From Octopus vulgaris (taxonomy: Eukaryota), in assembly GCA_951406725.2 (NCBI GenBank), contig CATOCA020000001.1, positions 5,332,001 through 5,396,000 of the forward strand: 64,000 nt of DNA, given 5' to 3'. Position 1 is the first letter of the stretch. Every line of letters starts with the position of its first letter. Below, in pieces: positions 27,006 through 39,551 of this stretch. Below the pieces are notes generated by a model. It was not told the origin of the DNA. It saw only the letters and a list, made by a program, of their open reading frames with translations, and did no database searches. Made by a program: the position numbers and the translations under genes.

Positions 27006-27104
27006 AAGAAGAAGAAGAAGAAGCAGAAGAAGAAGAAGAAGAAGAAGAAGAAGAAGAGGAAGAGGAAGAATAAGAGGGAGAAGAAAAAGAAGAAGACGAA
27101 GAAA

Positions 27105-27135
<31 letters not shown>

Positions 27136-27589
27136 GGAAGAATAATAATAATAATAATAATAAGAAGAAGAAGAAGAAGACGAAGAAAAGGAAGAAGAAG
27201 AAGACGAAGAGGAAGAAGAAGACGAAGACGAAGAGGGAGAAGAAGAGGGAGAAGAAAAAGAAGAAGAAGAAGAAGAAGAAGAAGAAGAAGAAGAAGAAGA
27301 AGAAGAAGAAGAAGAAGAAGAAGAAGAAGAAGAAGAAGAAGAAGCAGAAGGAGAAGCAGAAGAAGCAGGAAAAGAAGAATATCTTAACGTGGCAGCCGTT
27401 TCATGTTTATTTCCTACTTGACTTGCACAACCTCGAGTATCCGCTTCGCCTCTCTATGTACCAACACACACATCCACACACATACACGCACATGTATGCA
27501 CATATAAGCACATACACACATATACACTCAGAAATATACACACATATGTATATCTACCTCTGGGTGCGAGTATGTGTGTGAACCTCGTC

Positions 27590-28300
27590 CCCGTAGTGGT
27601 GTCCTTTTATCTGTCGATACAGTTTCTTATCGAATCTAAAGGTGTTGTCTTCTAGTTCCCGGCGTGTGTCTTTGGAAATGCGTTTTGAAGCGTTCGTCCA
27701 TCCGTCCGCTATGTTTTTCTACCCAGTGTTTGATTGCTCCCAGGCCCAAAGTGTGATGTATTTGTACAAAGATTAGTCAAATCTTTTAAGTATAGTACGT
27801 TCTGGGACAGTGGGTGGAATGTGTTTGATGAAATCCATATCGTCTCGGGTATAGCTGGGCATTAATGGGCACAACGGTTTGAGGAGTATATCCAAAAGAT
27901 GGCTCAGTTGTTGTGTTGGGGCTCAAGGTCCAGCAACTGTTGGTCTCAATTTGATGTCAGTAGGTCTTAGTATTTTTATATGCTGATCCTTGCATTTTGG
28001 AGCATTCGCAGATCTTGGGTGATCCATAGAAATTACTCTCTTTCATTACAGAGCTGCATAAATAATCTTTCTCTTTATCTGTGAACGAACGTTGGTATTC
28101 ATTTATCTTAATTTTGGGTGTATTCATTATTACTTTCTCCGGGTGTCTTGGTTCTTCCTTGTAGCAGGATTGGTCTGTTTCCAATATTTTATCTTTATAG
28201 TAGTCTTGGTCCGTGACTGCTATCACCCTTCCCCAATCGGTTTCTTTTAGGATGATTGAATTGTCAATTTGCAGTTTGTAAGGCTTTCTTTTCTTCTTCA
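27590..28300 (-). mobile_element. Decayed Penelope-like retroelement RT fragment in the intron after the LRRNT exon
   Basis: Translation DNSIILKETDWGRVIAVTDQDYY...NFYGSPKI resembles the PLE motifs IIIKPADKG..VVVMD..Y and FYGLPKIHK; continues with LLDILLKPLCPLMPSYTRDDMDF; frameshifted. Confidence 0.7.
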
Positions 28301-30004
28301 GGAAGGTACTGTTTGCATTTTCGGATATTTTATTATATAAGATATAAAACAGATTTAAGTCACCACGTAAAGTATGAATGAAAAACACACATGCATGTAA
28401 AATATGAGAAAAGAATGGATGTTCAAAATATTTGTGACTTGAATTAGATTTACAAAGCCTTCGTTGCAACATCAGTTTTCAGTGGAAGATATTTTTATCA
28501 TCCCAGAAGTCAGCTTTATTTATAAATATCTTGTTTCTGTCCAATGAGCATTCTATTTGTTATTACACTTTGCTGTCAAAAGTAATTTATCTTTGCAAAA
28601 GTAAACTCCTCTCCTTTGCATAATTGATGCATAAAAGTTCTTCACAAAAATAAATAAACCCCCAAAACTTCAAGACTGAAATAATAGACTAGGAAGGAAA
28701 ACATAACAGAAATAGAAAGGGATTTATTAATAGAATTGGTGATGGTAGAGTGGGGAAACCCTGATATAATTTTGAGTTATGTGCTACAAAGGAGAACAAC
28801 CTTACATGGTGATTTAACTGGTTAAGGGTGTTATTTAAAAAAGGGATGTGGCAACATACATTGCCTTAGTTTTTTCGTCTTTTTTTAGCCCTTTGCTCCT
28901 TACTCTTGCTGTATTAAACCTCAGTTTGTTACCATTATTAGCCATCTATGCTAAATCCTTCATCCCCTAAATAGCATCCCTGTTAATCATTCCTGTAAAG
29001 GTTAATCTGCAACAGCTCAAACGGAATATTAATGATATCTGTCTCACAAGTATTGGAGATCTTGCAGGGGTTAAAAAACTTGTATGATCCTTTCTCCAAA
29101 ATCGGTAAAATAAAAAGTGTGGAATTTTAACTCAGGTCACAGACAACTGGACAATATACTGCAAGGTGTCTTATTCGAGGTCCTCATAGTTGCATTTGTT
29201 CATTGAACTGTTATGGTTCTTTATTGATCTCTGAAATGAATGACCCAAGGTTGACCTTGGCGGGACTTGAAGTCAGATTGCCGTGTGTCAGAACGCAATG
29301 TATTCTGCTAGACGGTCAAAAGATTTGTGCCTATCCTCGCTTAAGTTATGAACGATGAAAATATCTAACTTATTAAACAGAACTTCAACTTTACTATTCA
29401 ACATCTTGAGTTATACGAGATTTAGGAATTCCATTATTGACACTTTTCTCTTTATTTTACATTAGGATTTCTCATTTTGTCAAAACGTTCCAAATGTTTT
29501 GAGAAATAGATCTGATCGAATGAATTGATCCACTTTAGTATTAGAATATTTGATTAAAACTGAAAGTTTAAGGTGATTAATGCAATGATGCAAGCCAATT
29601 AACTGGAAGTAATCACCTGGAAGAGCAATGTGTTGCAACAGAGTATTTGTTATGATTGATGTATCAAATAATTACTCTTTTTTATTCTATTCCATTTCTT
29701 GAGACGTTAAATTTTAATAATTTACTTAAAAATTACGTAAATTTTCAGGTGAACGGGGATACATCAATCAGCCGAAACTTCAATTAAGCTTGCATAATTT
29801 TGTAATAAGTTTTATTGTGTTCATGATAGGGTAAATTTTACTGATGACATTCTATCAAAAATAAATTCCTCATAATTTGTTAAAACAACACTATTTTGAT
29901 TTCTTCACTTAGGTATTTTAAGAATTTGGCAATTTAAGCGGATCTCGTCATTATCTGCTGTTTAATCCATCTGTTTCATTTTTAATTATAAAAATAATAA
30001 TTTC

Positions 30005-30208
30005 TTCTATAGGAACAAACCTGAAATTTTGGGAAAGGGACAAGTCCTTTACATTGATCTCAGAGATAAATTGCTATTTATTTTACCGACTCCAAAAGAA
30101 TGAAAAACAAAGTCAACCTCGACAGAATTTAAAATCGAAACGTAAAGACGAACGAAATACCGCTCAACATTTTGTCTGGCGTGCACAACGATTCTGATAG
30201 CTCGCTGC
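30005..30208 (-). mobile_element. Degraded tRNA-derived SINE
   Basis: Reverse complement resembles the ggcggtgagctggcagaatc...cggtatttcg...gtcgactttg family seen more intact at 43764, 56633 and 59764. Confidence 0.65.
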
Positions 30209-30666
30209 ATATTCTATTATAAAATTAACACAAACAATAATTAACAATTATTCTGTGACACGATCAACTGATATTATATCATATTACTGTAACAATAAGT
30301 AACAATTCAACTAATTAATGATATAATATAACTATGTGGAATACACGTTTTCTTAACACTAAAGTTTGTATACTGTCCGTTCATTGAATATACCGTAAGA
30401 TTTGATAAGTTCAGACAAATGAAATCAAAGTCAGATACTAGTCATATCCAATCTCTGTGTATGCGGTGTTATATATTATAAATTCAATATGGTAAGTAAC
30501 AGTTTATTTGACTTCACAGCAGGTAACATATCGATTTGTTTTACTCTAACATAAGATTGTGCTTAAAGCTGTGAGATAAACAGCATAAGCGATTAGCTGA
30601 GAACATAATCAATGAGAATTTAAAATATTGGATGTGGAAAATACGTAGAAAGTGTCAAATACTTAC

Positions 30667-30857
30667 AAATATTCAACATTCGTCGGAATTGGTTGTGGAA
30701 TTGATAGTAAATTGCGACCTCTACAATATATTCTCGTTGTAAGTGAATTGCAATTACATATGTTGCATATATCTGAATCAGCTTGAGTCTCCAAAAACAA
30801 TATCGTACACAGTATCAACACAAGAGACCGTCTATATGATACTACGTGGTGAAACAT
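30667..30857 (-). CDS. First coding exon of an LRR receptor-like gene: signal peptide + LRRNT cap (MFHHVVSYRRSLVLILCTILFLETQADSDICNICNCNSLTTRIYCRGRNLLSIPQPIPTNVEYL)
   Basis: Hydrophobic N-terminal stretch, then a CxxCxC...C.GRNLxSIPxxIP LRRNT motif. Ends TAT TT|GTAAGT (phase-2 donor, 30666-30661). Upstream acceptor ttttcttcttttacag at 30879/30878, so the exon begins at 30877 with 20 nt of UTR. Confidence 0.9.
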
Positions 30858-32029
30858 ATTGCCAGGCGTAGATTTATCTGTAAAAGAAGAAAATAGGAAA
30901 TGTCAGAGATTTCAATGTTATTAACTTCAAATTGCAGATTCTCTGAAGGAACTAAAATTCACCCCTGTTCCACATGACAAATATATTTTTGTTTTCATGA
31001 TTGGATATTTAAAGCTAAAAAATTAAATTTCGATAAATTAGTGTGAAGAAATTTATTAAAATATTATAGCTTTAACGCGTAATAATATCAAAGAAAACAC
31101 CAAACACACACACACAAACACAAACGCACTCCTACACACATCTGTAACCATACTCGGAGGGGGGTCTAATATATATATATACAAAACTAGCGAACCATGA
31201 GTTTCGTAGACCCTAAATACGCAGTGGTTGTAAACCCGGTTGGGTCGTTAAATCCGATGGGACCCCACAAGCAACTGTATTGTATCAAAGGATTTTTCCT
31301 GTACCCCAGTTTTAGAAGCGTTCATACAAAGTTTTTCCTTAAATAAACTATCATGATTTCATTTTACTTACTTTTTTTTTTTACTGAAAACAAGAATAAA
31401 GCATGAACGTAAATCTATATATATAAAACTCAACTTGTGTGTCTATCTGTGTATCTGTGTGTGTGTCTGTGTCTTTTACTTCCCGGCACAACTCCTCCTA
31501 GCCAACAAATCGTAGAACCACCAAACATGGGTCACTTAAAGTTTAGGCGAATGAAAATTGAACTGCGCTATTTCTGTTCCGAAATTCATCTCGCAAGTGC
31601 AAAAATCGATAATGTGTTTGTTTAGGCCTTCTCCCATGCATTGAATAGTGAACTTTACTCAGTCAGCTGTTTGACGTGAACTGTGTTCACCACGCGTGCA
31701 AGCATGCGTAAATTGCATGAAAAATAAAAAAGCAAGACGAATCGCCGTAAACATTGTAGAAATTCGGCAAAGAAATGAATTTTCGGGATGTAGCCTGGAG
31801 GGTTTTTCCCTATTAATCGTTTGGACTTTGTGAACTCATACCAATTGTTTTCATACCATTTTTAAGCTTTGAATTAAATGTGACCATTTTGCGTTGAGTC
31901 TGCAGTTTGAATCACTAACCAAATTTTAGCAGGTTGGATTTTTTGATCATCACGATACATCGCCAGCGACTCCCTGAAACTCTCCTCTGATATCCTCGTT
32001 GAGAAATACTGATCTAAAAGAATAATTCA

Positions 32030-32213
32030 ACAATGCAATTTTCTGTATGTTATATGTGTTTGTAAATCCTGGTGTTTTTGTTATGTATTTGTCTGAATAA
32101 TTTTTTATCATGCCTAATGCACTTACTATGATAGGAATTGTTTCTGTTTTTAGATTCCTCGTTCGAGTTACCTCTATCTCCAGGTCTTTGTATTTTGAAA
32201 GTTTCTCCATTTC
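32030..32213 (-). mobile_element. Short 3' fragment of an R4/Dong-like LINE
   Basis: MEKLSKYKDLEIEVTR...TETIPIIV is near identical to 54034-54215; abuts (TTA)n at ~32215-32233. Confidence 0.8.
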
Positions 32214-33349
32214 TTTATTGTTATTATTATTATTTGTGTCGGTTTTGGAGACTAGTTGTTCGGAGCTCTAAGCTTTCTTTAGAATTTGTTGTTACAATGT
32301 TGTTTTCAAAATTTTATTGACCACAGAACCCACCTCGCTGTAAGCGGGGCTAGCTGCGGTGGCCAGAATTCGCCCCTTAAGGGCGAATTTTGAGTTTTAA
32401 AAACTACAAATTTATATTTTAAAAAGAAAAAGTTCAGTCTGGCTTCCCAAATCGGGGCAAGTAAAGGTTCTTACATCATCCGTTTTGACATTTTGTCACC
32501 TCCGCTTGTTAATATTTTTGAGAAACAAAGCAAAGACAGCAGCAGCAGCAGCAGTAGCAGCAACAACAACAACAACATCACAACCATCAGCACCAACAAA
32601 AACATAACAGAAAAATGAAGAGAAGGCAAGGAATCAATCCACTTTGACCCTAAAAAAGAAGACACACCACCAGAAATAGACAGCTGATTCTTGGTGGTAG
32701 ATGTCCTCTTGGACATATAGGTCAAAACGAGCATCTTACAGATGCGGAAACTTTACTAACAAAACTATTCGGGTCAAGGCCTAAAATTGTGGGTGAAAAT
32801 GGACAGCCAAAATCTGGACACAATTCCAGATATCATAAATTCACACGGTGGCACCAACCTCCACGTGGCCTTTGAAAGCTGATGGTTTCGGTATCATCTG
32901 TGTGGGAACACAAATCATCTAAAATTCTTCTATTGCCCACAACAAATTAGAGAAAGGAGCCTCTCAATTTTGCCAACATCATCAACACCACCACCACAGC
33001 AACAATAACAACAATAGCAACAGCACCAACAGAGGCAGGTGACCATCGCGGCTACAAAATCAATAGTAACAGTAGCAGCAACACTAATCGCAGCAGCACG
33101 GGCAGCAGCAAAAACAACAGCATCAACCCCGGTCCCCACCACCAAAAAAGCAACAACGTTATGAATAGGACAACGCCAAAAAGCTCTACAAGATTTGCCC
33201 CTCCCCTGTTCGGAGCACTCAGACATACCTTGCGCGGATAGGGACGACGAAAGACAAAAATGGCAAGAGGTCGCCTGAACACGCAAAAGAAAAAGAAACA
33301 GAACCAAACACACAGACAATTCAGACATAGACTTGCCCAAATGCATCAA

Positions 33350-34489
33350 TAAATTAACATTGATATTTTTTCACCGTTGTTGCAATCATCTGAAATGCAA
33401 CTGTCAAAGCGCGATATTCGAGCAATTTTGCTATTCAACATCAAAAAAGGATGTAAAGCAGCTGAAACTGCTCACGATGTCAACGAAACGTTTGGTGAGG
33501 AAATGACCAGTGAGTGGTCAGTTTGAAAATGGCTTAAACGATTTAGCAGTGGAAACCTGAAGATCTTGAGCGTAGTGGACGCCCGTCTGTCATCGTATGA
33601 CGGTCAACTGAAGATTGTCATTGAGAAAGACCCACGTAAAACCACTCGAGAACTGGCAAAGAACTTCAAGTCAGCCAGAAAATGCCTGAATCCATTTGCA
33701 TGCGATCGGAAAATCAGAAAAGCTCGACAAATGAATACCTCACCATTTGAATGAAAATCAGAAAATGTGCACTTATGAAATGTGCTCGTCGCTTCTTCGC
33801 CGAAACCAGACCGATCCAATTCTTGACCGTATTTGCGATGAAAAGTAGATTCTGTATAATAATAGAAAATGTTTTTCGCAGTGGATGGACCCAAATGAAG
33901 CACCGAAAAGCTTCCCTAAACTCGATCTCTTCAAAAAAGAGATTATGGTGATTGTTTAGTGATGTGCCGTTGGACTCATCCACTATAACTTATTAAAACC
34001 CAGAAAATCCATTCCTGCAGTAACATATTACCAAGAAATTGCCAATATGAACGAAAAACTGCTACTCCTCTGTCTCAGACTGGTCAATAGAAGAGGGCCA
34101 ATCATTCTTCATGACAATACTCGACCACACGTTTCACTAATGACGCTCCAGAAGTTTAGGGAAACTGGCTACGAAGTTCTTCTCTACTCAGCTTATTCCT
34201 CAGACCTTTCTCCCAACGTCTATCACTTTTTCAAGTATCTTTATGGTTTCTTCCTTCGAGAGAAGGAGTTCAAAAATCAAACCGATGCTGAAAGCGCGTT
34301 CAAAGAGTCCATCAGCTCCAGAACTCCAGATTTTTATGTTAACGGAATAAACAAACTTTGTAACTCATTGGCAAAAATGTGTTTATAGTAATGGTACAGA
34401 CTTTGATGAATAAAATTTCCGCATTGGTGGAATACATTGTGATGAATTTCATGTTTCAAAACGTTGCTTACTTTTTACTCAGCCTGATA
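33350..34489 (+). mobile_element. Mariner transposase pseudogene with a probable right TIR
   Basis: MQLSKRDIRAILLFNIKKGCKAAETAHDVNETFG from 33395; IEKDPRKTTRELA; ILHDNTRPH and YSSDLSPNVYHFF (mariner HDNARPH and YSPDLAP motifs); stops and frameshifts; TIR-like ...ttactttttactcagcctgata. Confidence 0.88.
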
Positions 34490-34549
34490 TTTATTTCCAT
34501 GTCAAACGGGAATGAGGGGGGCGGGGTGGAATGGCAGTGTTGTCCCAGA

Positions 34550-34725
34550 GACGCCTGGATCTCAACACAAAGATTATCTTCCTGGACCCAGAAGGTAAGT
34601 TGGTGGTCCTGGACGTCGTGAACAGTAGTAACGGAGGTGTCCTCAGTCTGGTGGCTGTTTATGCCTCGACACGTTCCGGATAGCTGAACATCTTCAGACG
34701 TCTGGAGGTTTTCCTTGGAGTGTCT
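34550..34725 (+). mobile_element. Small APE-endonuclease fragment of a Tx1/L1-like LINE
   Basis: IIFLDPEGKLVVLDVVNSSNGGVLSLVAVYA resembles the D..GR.....V.........L..VYAP motif of APE domains. Confidence 0.5.
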
Positions 34726-34728
34726 AGA

Positions 34729-37700
34729 CGAGGCGTCTGTAACCTGTGGCACGCGTGTCATGTGTAGCACGCGGAACAATTCACAATGACATGCACACCA
34801 CTTGGCAAAAAATAAAAGTAAAATTTTATTTATAACTAACTCTGAGGAAGCGACATCATAATAATTAATTTACATATCTTTTTTACGATCCATCTATTCT
34901 AGCCTAAACTATCTGAAGTTAGTTGTATTTGGTAGTATTACATTTCCTTAAAAATATAGTACTACTGAACACAATTTTGATACGAAATTATGAATGTTAG
35001 CACAATTAATTTGTTTGTAAGCTGGTGCTGAAAGCATTTATATGGACTTTATTACTGAAGCCGGGAGCTAGAGGTGCGAACGCTTATTGTTTCGAACTCG
35101 GCTGTATATTTAGCAGTGCAGATCATAATATGTTAAACTTGGTTGACCACTTTACAGCAGCCAGTCTAAATAAAGACACTCTTTAAAATCGGCTGCTACA
35201 TTGCGGGTCGTCTATAAGTAGACGCTTTTAAAATTATTCTCACATTTTGGGAAGAAAAAGCGGTAACGAGTAGGGTTTTCAAAAGGAAATAAACATGAAA
35301 AGTCAAAAACTATAGTTATTTTCTTAGGTTTCAATTTCTCCTTCGGGAGTCAAGTTGTCTGATCTTTTGGGTATATATTTTTTTGTTTATTCATATCATT
35401 TATTTTAATCTAATTATTTTATTATTACAAAAATTAATTCATTAAATTAATTTCATTCTTTTTTACTATTTATTTTATTCTAATTATTTTATTTAGTTAT
35501 TTTTATTTGTAGAACCTAATTTAAGGGTTTATACACCTGTCATATCACTTATCAATATATAGTGCCCCAAATTGAATAACAAAGGACCAAAATTTGACGT
35601 TCGTTTCAAGATTTCTGGAGCACTGAGTATGGATTTGTACAACAAAATCGAGTTGTGTGTGCGTTCTGCTGTGAATTTGTCGTATGTCGTACATCAAGTG
35701 TACAAAGACACTATCAAACTAGACACCAGACTATGTCTAAAAACGCTGATGATAAAAGGCAAGTCATAAAAAGGGCTATTTCTAGTTACAATAAAAGCAC
35801 TTCTGTTTTTGTTCAAATGCTTGGAACCAACAATGAAGCCAAATAATGTAGTTAGACAATTGCTCAATGTAGAGCTGAGAAAGGTAAACTTTTAACAGTC
35901 GGAGAATTTATCAAAAAAGATTTTCTGAGAAGTGCAAAACTTTTGTTCAGTGATTAAGCAAACGCTGAATAAATACTGTCTCGAATTCAAGAAATACCAA
36001 CTTCTGCATGATCAGTTGAGAGACGTGTAACTGATATAGCTGAAAACATAATTATAACACAGAAAGTTAGATTACAAAAAGCTGCTGCATTCAGTGACCC
36101 CTATCGATGAAAGTACTCAAGTGAATGACATGGCGCACCTAGCAATTGTTGCAAGATGCTGGGACAATGATCGTATTTACGAAGAATCATGTTGTTTGAT
36201 TATTCCTCTTACCAATACATCTACAGGACAGGACATTCTGACTGCATTTCTAAATTATTTCGAAAATCAAGCCATTAATACAAAGAAAATATTTTGTATT
36301 ACTACTGGTGGTGCACGTGCAGTGGGTGGAAAGGAAAAAAAGATTTATTAAGCGTCTTGAAAATCACATTTCACGCAGTGTAATGTGTTTTAATTGCATT
36401 GTACATCAGGAAAATTTAGTTGCAAAAGTTTCGTCACAAAGCTTGAGTTCTGTCGTGGAAACTGTTGTTAAAATAGTTAACTTCATGGTTTCTTGCTCTT
36501 CACTGACTCACAGACAATTTAAGTCTCTTCTGCAGGAACTGGACAGCGAATATGCAGACTTCCCACTTCACAGTAAAGTCCTGCAGCGTAGACTCGGTTA
36601 AAATTTCTCTCTCCCATTTATTATATATACGTGCATTCGAGAGTAGCACGGAACAGCTAGCCTTTTGCCGCTATTTGGATCCCGTTCTGTCCACTACTCT
36701 GATTAGTTGGTATTGGCGCAATTTGTCGCGCCAAACTGCCGCGTATAACCAGTCGGAGTCAGCCTGTTCTCTACCCCGTTTTGGCCTACTTCTCCTTATA
36801 AACGCTCCCCCTTTTCTCCTTTCGTCTTTTGGTTCCAGACCTTTTAAGGACTAGCCTCTGACCACAAAGACACAGCCAGTTCCAGAGACTTACCAACTTT
36901 GTCCAACAGCATTCCAACAACCTCCATCTTCGTCGCTATCACCATGTCCTTAACGTCTTCAACATCATCTCTCTATGTACACAGCTCTGCAAGCGATGCA
37001 CCCAGGTTCCAACACTTCACTGTTCATGAATTACTTCATCATGGGTCAACAACAAATATACAACCAGTATGAATTCCTGTACAAGTTACCCAGGCAGCAG
37101 CATCACAGCCACGACATCACGTTCAACATATACCTCTAATTGTCTCCTACATCTATGAACCCATACGCATACATTCTGTTCTCATGACGGCCTGTCTATC
37201 GTTCAGTATACATGATGCACACACAGACACATCTGTTAACATATCAATAAATCTTCTTTTAATCATTCTACGCGGTTGTCTCCTTTATCCATCTGGCAAA
37301 TAGATGGTACTATCAATTTTCTCTTTATTGTAAGGGCTGTGTGATGTGGTACTAAAGAGCCATTCTTGTCAACTCGCATCGCACGGTCCTTACAGTCCGT
37401 TGGCTTTGTCGGGGTAATGTTTTGAACAGATTTGTATCATGCTTAGAAGAATATTTCTTGAAAGGAAACAGTTGCCAGAATTGAACAACGAAGACGGGTT
37501 ATTTAAACTGATGCTTCTAAGTGACAGGTACTTGAATGATTAAAATTTGCATTTACAAGAGAGAGGTCAAACAGTACTTGATGTTTTTGAATATTGGAAA
37601 GGATTTTGTTAAAATCAGATTTTTTTGCGTGATAAATTTAGCAATACATAAAAATACTTTCCAAATGTAAAAGCTTATTCAAATCGATTTAATATTTAAT

Positions 37701-38060
37701 AAAAACGAACTTCAAAAATATATTGCAACGTTGAAAGAAGAATTTTCCAAGTGAGATAAATATTTCGAAACAGATGTTCCTATATTTTCATTTCTCATGA
37801 AACCCGACTTTGACGGATTTGAAAACGAACTCATTTAATCTCTCACATTTTGGCTCAAAAACAAATATACAGGATAGTTTTGAAGTGGAAATGATTGAAT
37901 TAACCACTTCAGAATTATGGGGGAAAAATTTATGGAATTACTAAAATCTCTTGAAAGAAGCAGCTTAGAGAAGTCAGTTGCCATCTTCAATCGCTGGGAG
38001 ACGTTGCCTGAAAGATTCAATTCTTTGAAGAAAATCGCCTCAGCTCTGCTTTCAGTCCAA
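34729..38060 (+). mobile_element. hAT (Charlie/Buster, GTF2IRD2-like) DNA transposon relic
   Basis: Left end aggcgtctgtaacctgtggcacgcg with gcacgc subterminal repeats. Transposase motifs IDESTQVND, ITTGGARAV, CIVHQENL, HRQFKSLL, HSKVRWLCRG (after removing the LTR) and SLKKIASALLS; many stops. Confidence 0.85.
36582..37394. mobile_element. Solo LTR (813 bp, TG...CA) with a 4-bp GTCC target-site duplication
   Basis: GTCC at 36578-36581 and 37395-37398; TATAAA at 36797, AATAAA at 37246; excision restores hAT codons CAC AGT AAA GTC CGT TGG CTT. Confidence 0.8.
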
Positions 38061-38089
38061 CATATACAGGATTACCCAAAAACAACAGA

Positions 38090-39505
38090 ACCCATAAAAT
38101 TTCGGTTTCCGTCTACCAAATCCACTCAAAAGATTTGGTCATTCCGAGACTATAGTAGAAAACAATTTCCCAAAATGCCATGCAGTGGAAACTGAAAAGG
38201 ATCTACGTGCTTGCGAAGTAAGTTTCTTACCACACAGCCACGTCTATGCATGTGTGTTTATGTATAAGTCTATATATAGGATGAACAGGACAAACAAATA
38301 TTTAAATAATAGTTCTGACGTGCGTGTAACAACGTTATGGTTGCTTGGAACCAAATGCTCACCGACAAATGACCGTCAGGAACAAAGTTATTCTATAACG
38401 TTGCATAGTTATAGAAAGATAGAGAGAGAGGGAAAAATAAATCGTATATATATGTGTGTGTGTAGATACAAATGTTAAATCTTAAAAGAAAAGTAACAAC
38501 AATTTTAAGTCATTTGACTGCGACCTTGCTGGAGTGCCACCTCAAAAGACTTAAAGCCGAAGAGCCGAAGAAATTTACCTCTGGGCTTATTTTTTGTAAG
38601 CCTGGTACATATTTTATTGATCGCTTTTGCAGAACAGCTATGTTACGGCGGGCGTAAAAGACCTGATGTCAAACTATGAACGGGTAACAAACAGAGTTAC
38701 ACAGACACACACACACACACAGGCAAACACACACACACTCACACATACACACACACAAACACACTCACACACACACACAAATACGACACACACACTCACA
38801 CAAACATATGTATATAATTATAAAACGGACTTCCTTCGTGTCCGTCTACAATACCCAGTCGCAAGTCTTTGCTCAACCCGTGGCTATAGTAGAAGACACT
38901 TTCCCAGGTTCCCATGCAGCGAAATTAAACCTGGATCTATGTGCTTGCGGAGCAAGTTTCTTACCACACAGCCACCCCTATGCATGTGTTTATGTATAAG
39001 TCTATATATAGTGAGAAAAGGACAAACAAATGTTTAAATAATAGTTCTTACGTGCGTGTAACAACGTTATTTTCGCTTGGAACCAAATGCTCACCGACAA
39101 ACGACCGCCAGGAACAACGTTATTCTATTAAGTAGCATAGTTATAGAAAGATAGAGAGAGAGGGAAAAATAAATCATATATACGTGTGTGTGTATATATA
39201 AATGTTAAATCTTAAAAGAAAAGTAACAAAAATTGTTTGTCTCTTTGCGTTCTGAGTTCTGAATCCAATTAGTCGACTGTCCACCTCCCCCACAAAACAC
39301 AATCACTGGCATTCTACCTAAGCCAGAAACCACTTTATAGGAGGCAATCTAGGATTTCAGGACAAAGAATTGCTACGCGGGGTCATATGTAATCATGTAT
39401 GGATATATAAAGATGCATGAGGATATATATACATACACAAACACGCACAACTATATGTGTGTGTATGAGTGTGTGTGCATGTGAGTGTGTGTATGTACGT
39501 ACGTT

Positions 39506-39551
<46 letters not shown>

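Larger units (their letters stand above)
600..27380. repeat. Tandem array of ten cassettes, each a ~1.1 kb conserved block containing the LRR exon plus a (GAA/GGA)n tract
   Basis: Exon left edges at 1522, 4352, 7241, 10057, 12576, 15375, 18155, 20830, 23674, 26424 (spacings 2519-2889 bp). The same spurious ORFs (MAEKSGNIRNQK...) recur in every unit. Confidence 0.97.

Noticed and set aside
600-27380. CRISPR-like reading of the array (constant repeats with variable inserts)
   Set aside because: Eukaryotic context, kilobase-scale units, no cas genes; the variable parts are homologous spliceosomal exons
600-27380. Array as an assembly artefact (one unit duplicated by misassembly)
   Set aside because: Each exon has a distinct, mostly in-frame, codon-targeted sequence and each tract has distinct subrepeat counts, which errors would not produce; the exact copy number could still be wrong
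277-27581. Many long ORFs rich in poly-E/R/K, poly-L/F/S and GPPPPP (collagen- or formin-like) in the ORF track
   Set aside because: They are translations of (GAA/GGA)n tracts, which are stop-poor on the minus strand; frames are not conserved between units and indels are frame-agnostic
32471-33349. Cys-rich and hydrophobic minus-strand ORFs (32930-33349, 32471-32734) as further gene exons
   Set aside because: Driven by (CAA/CAG)n low-complexity runs with no convincing splice sites; more likely a decayed retroelement 5' region, family not assignable by eye
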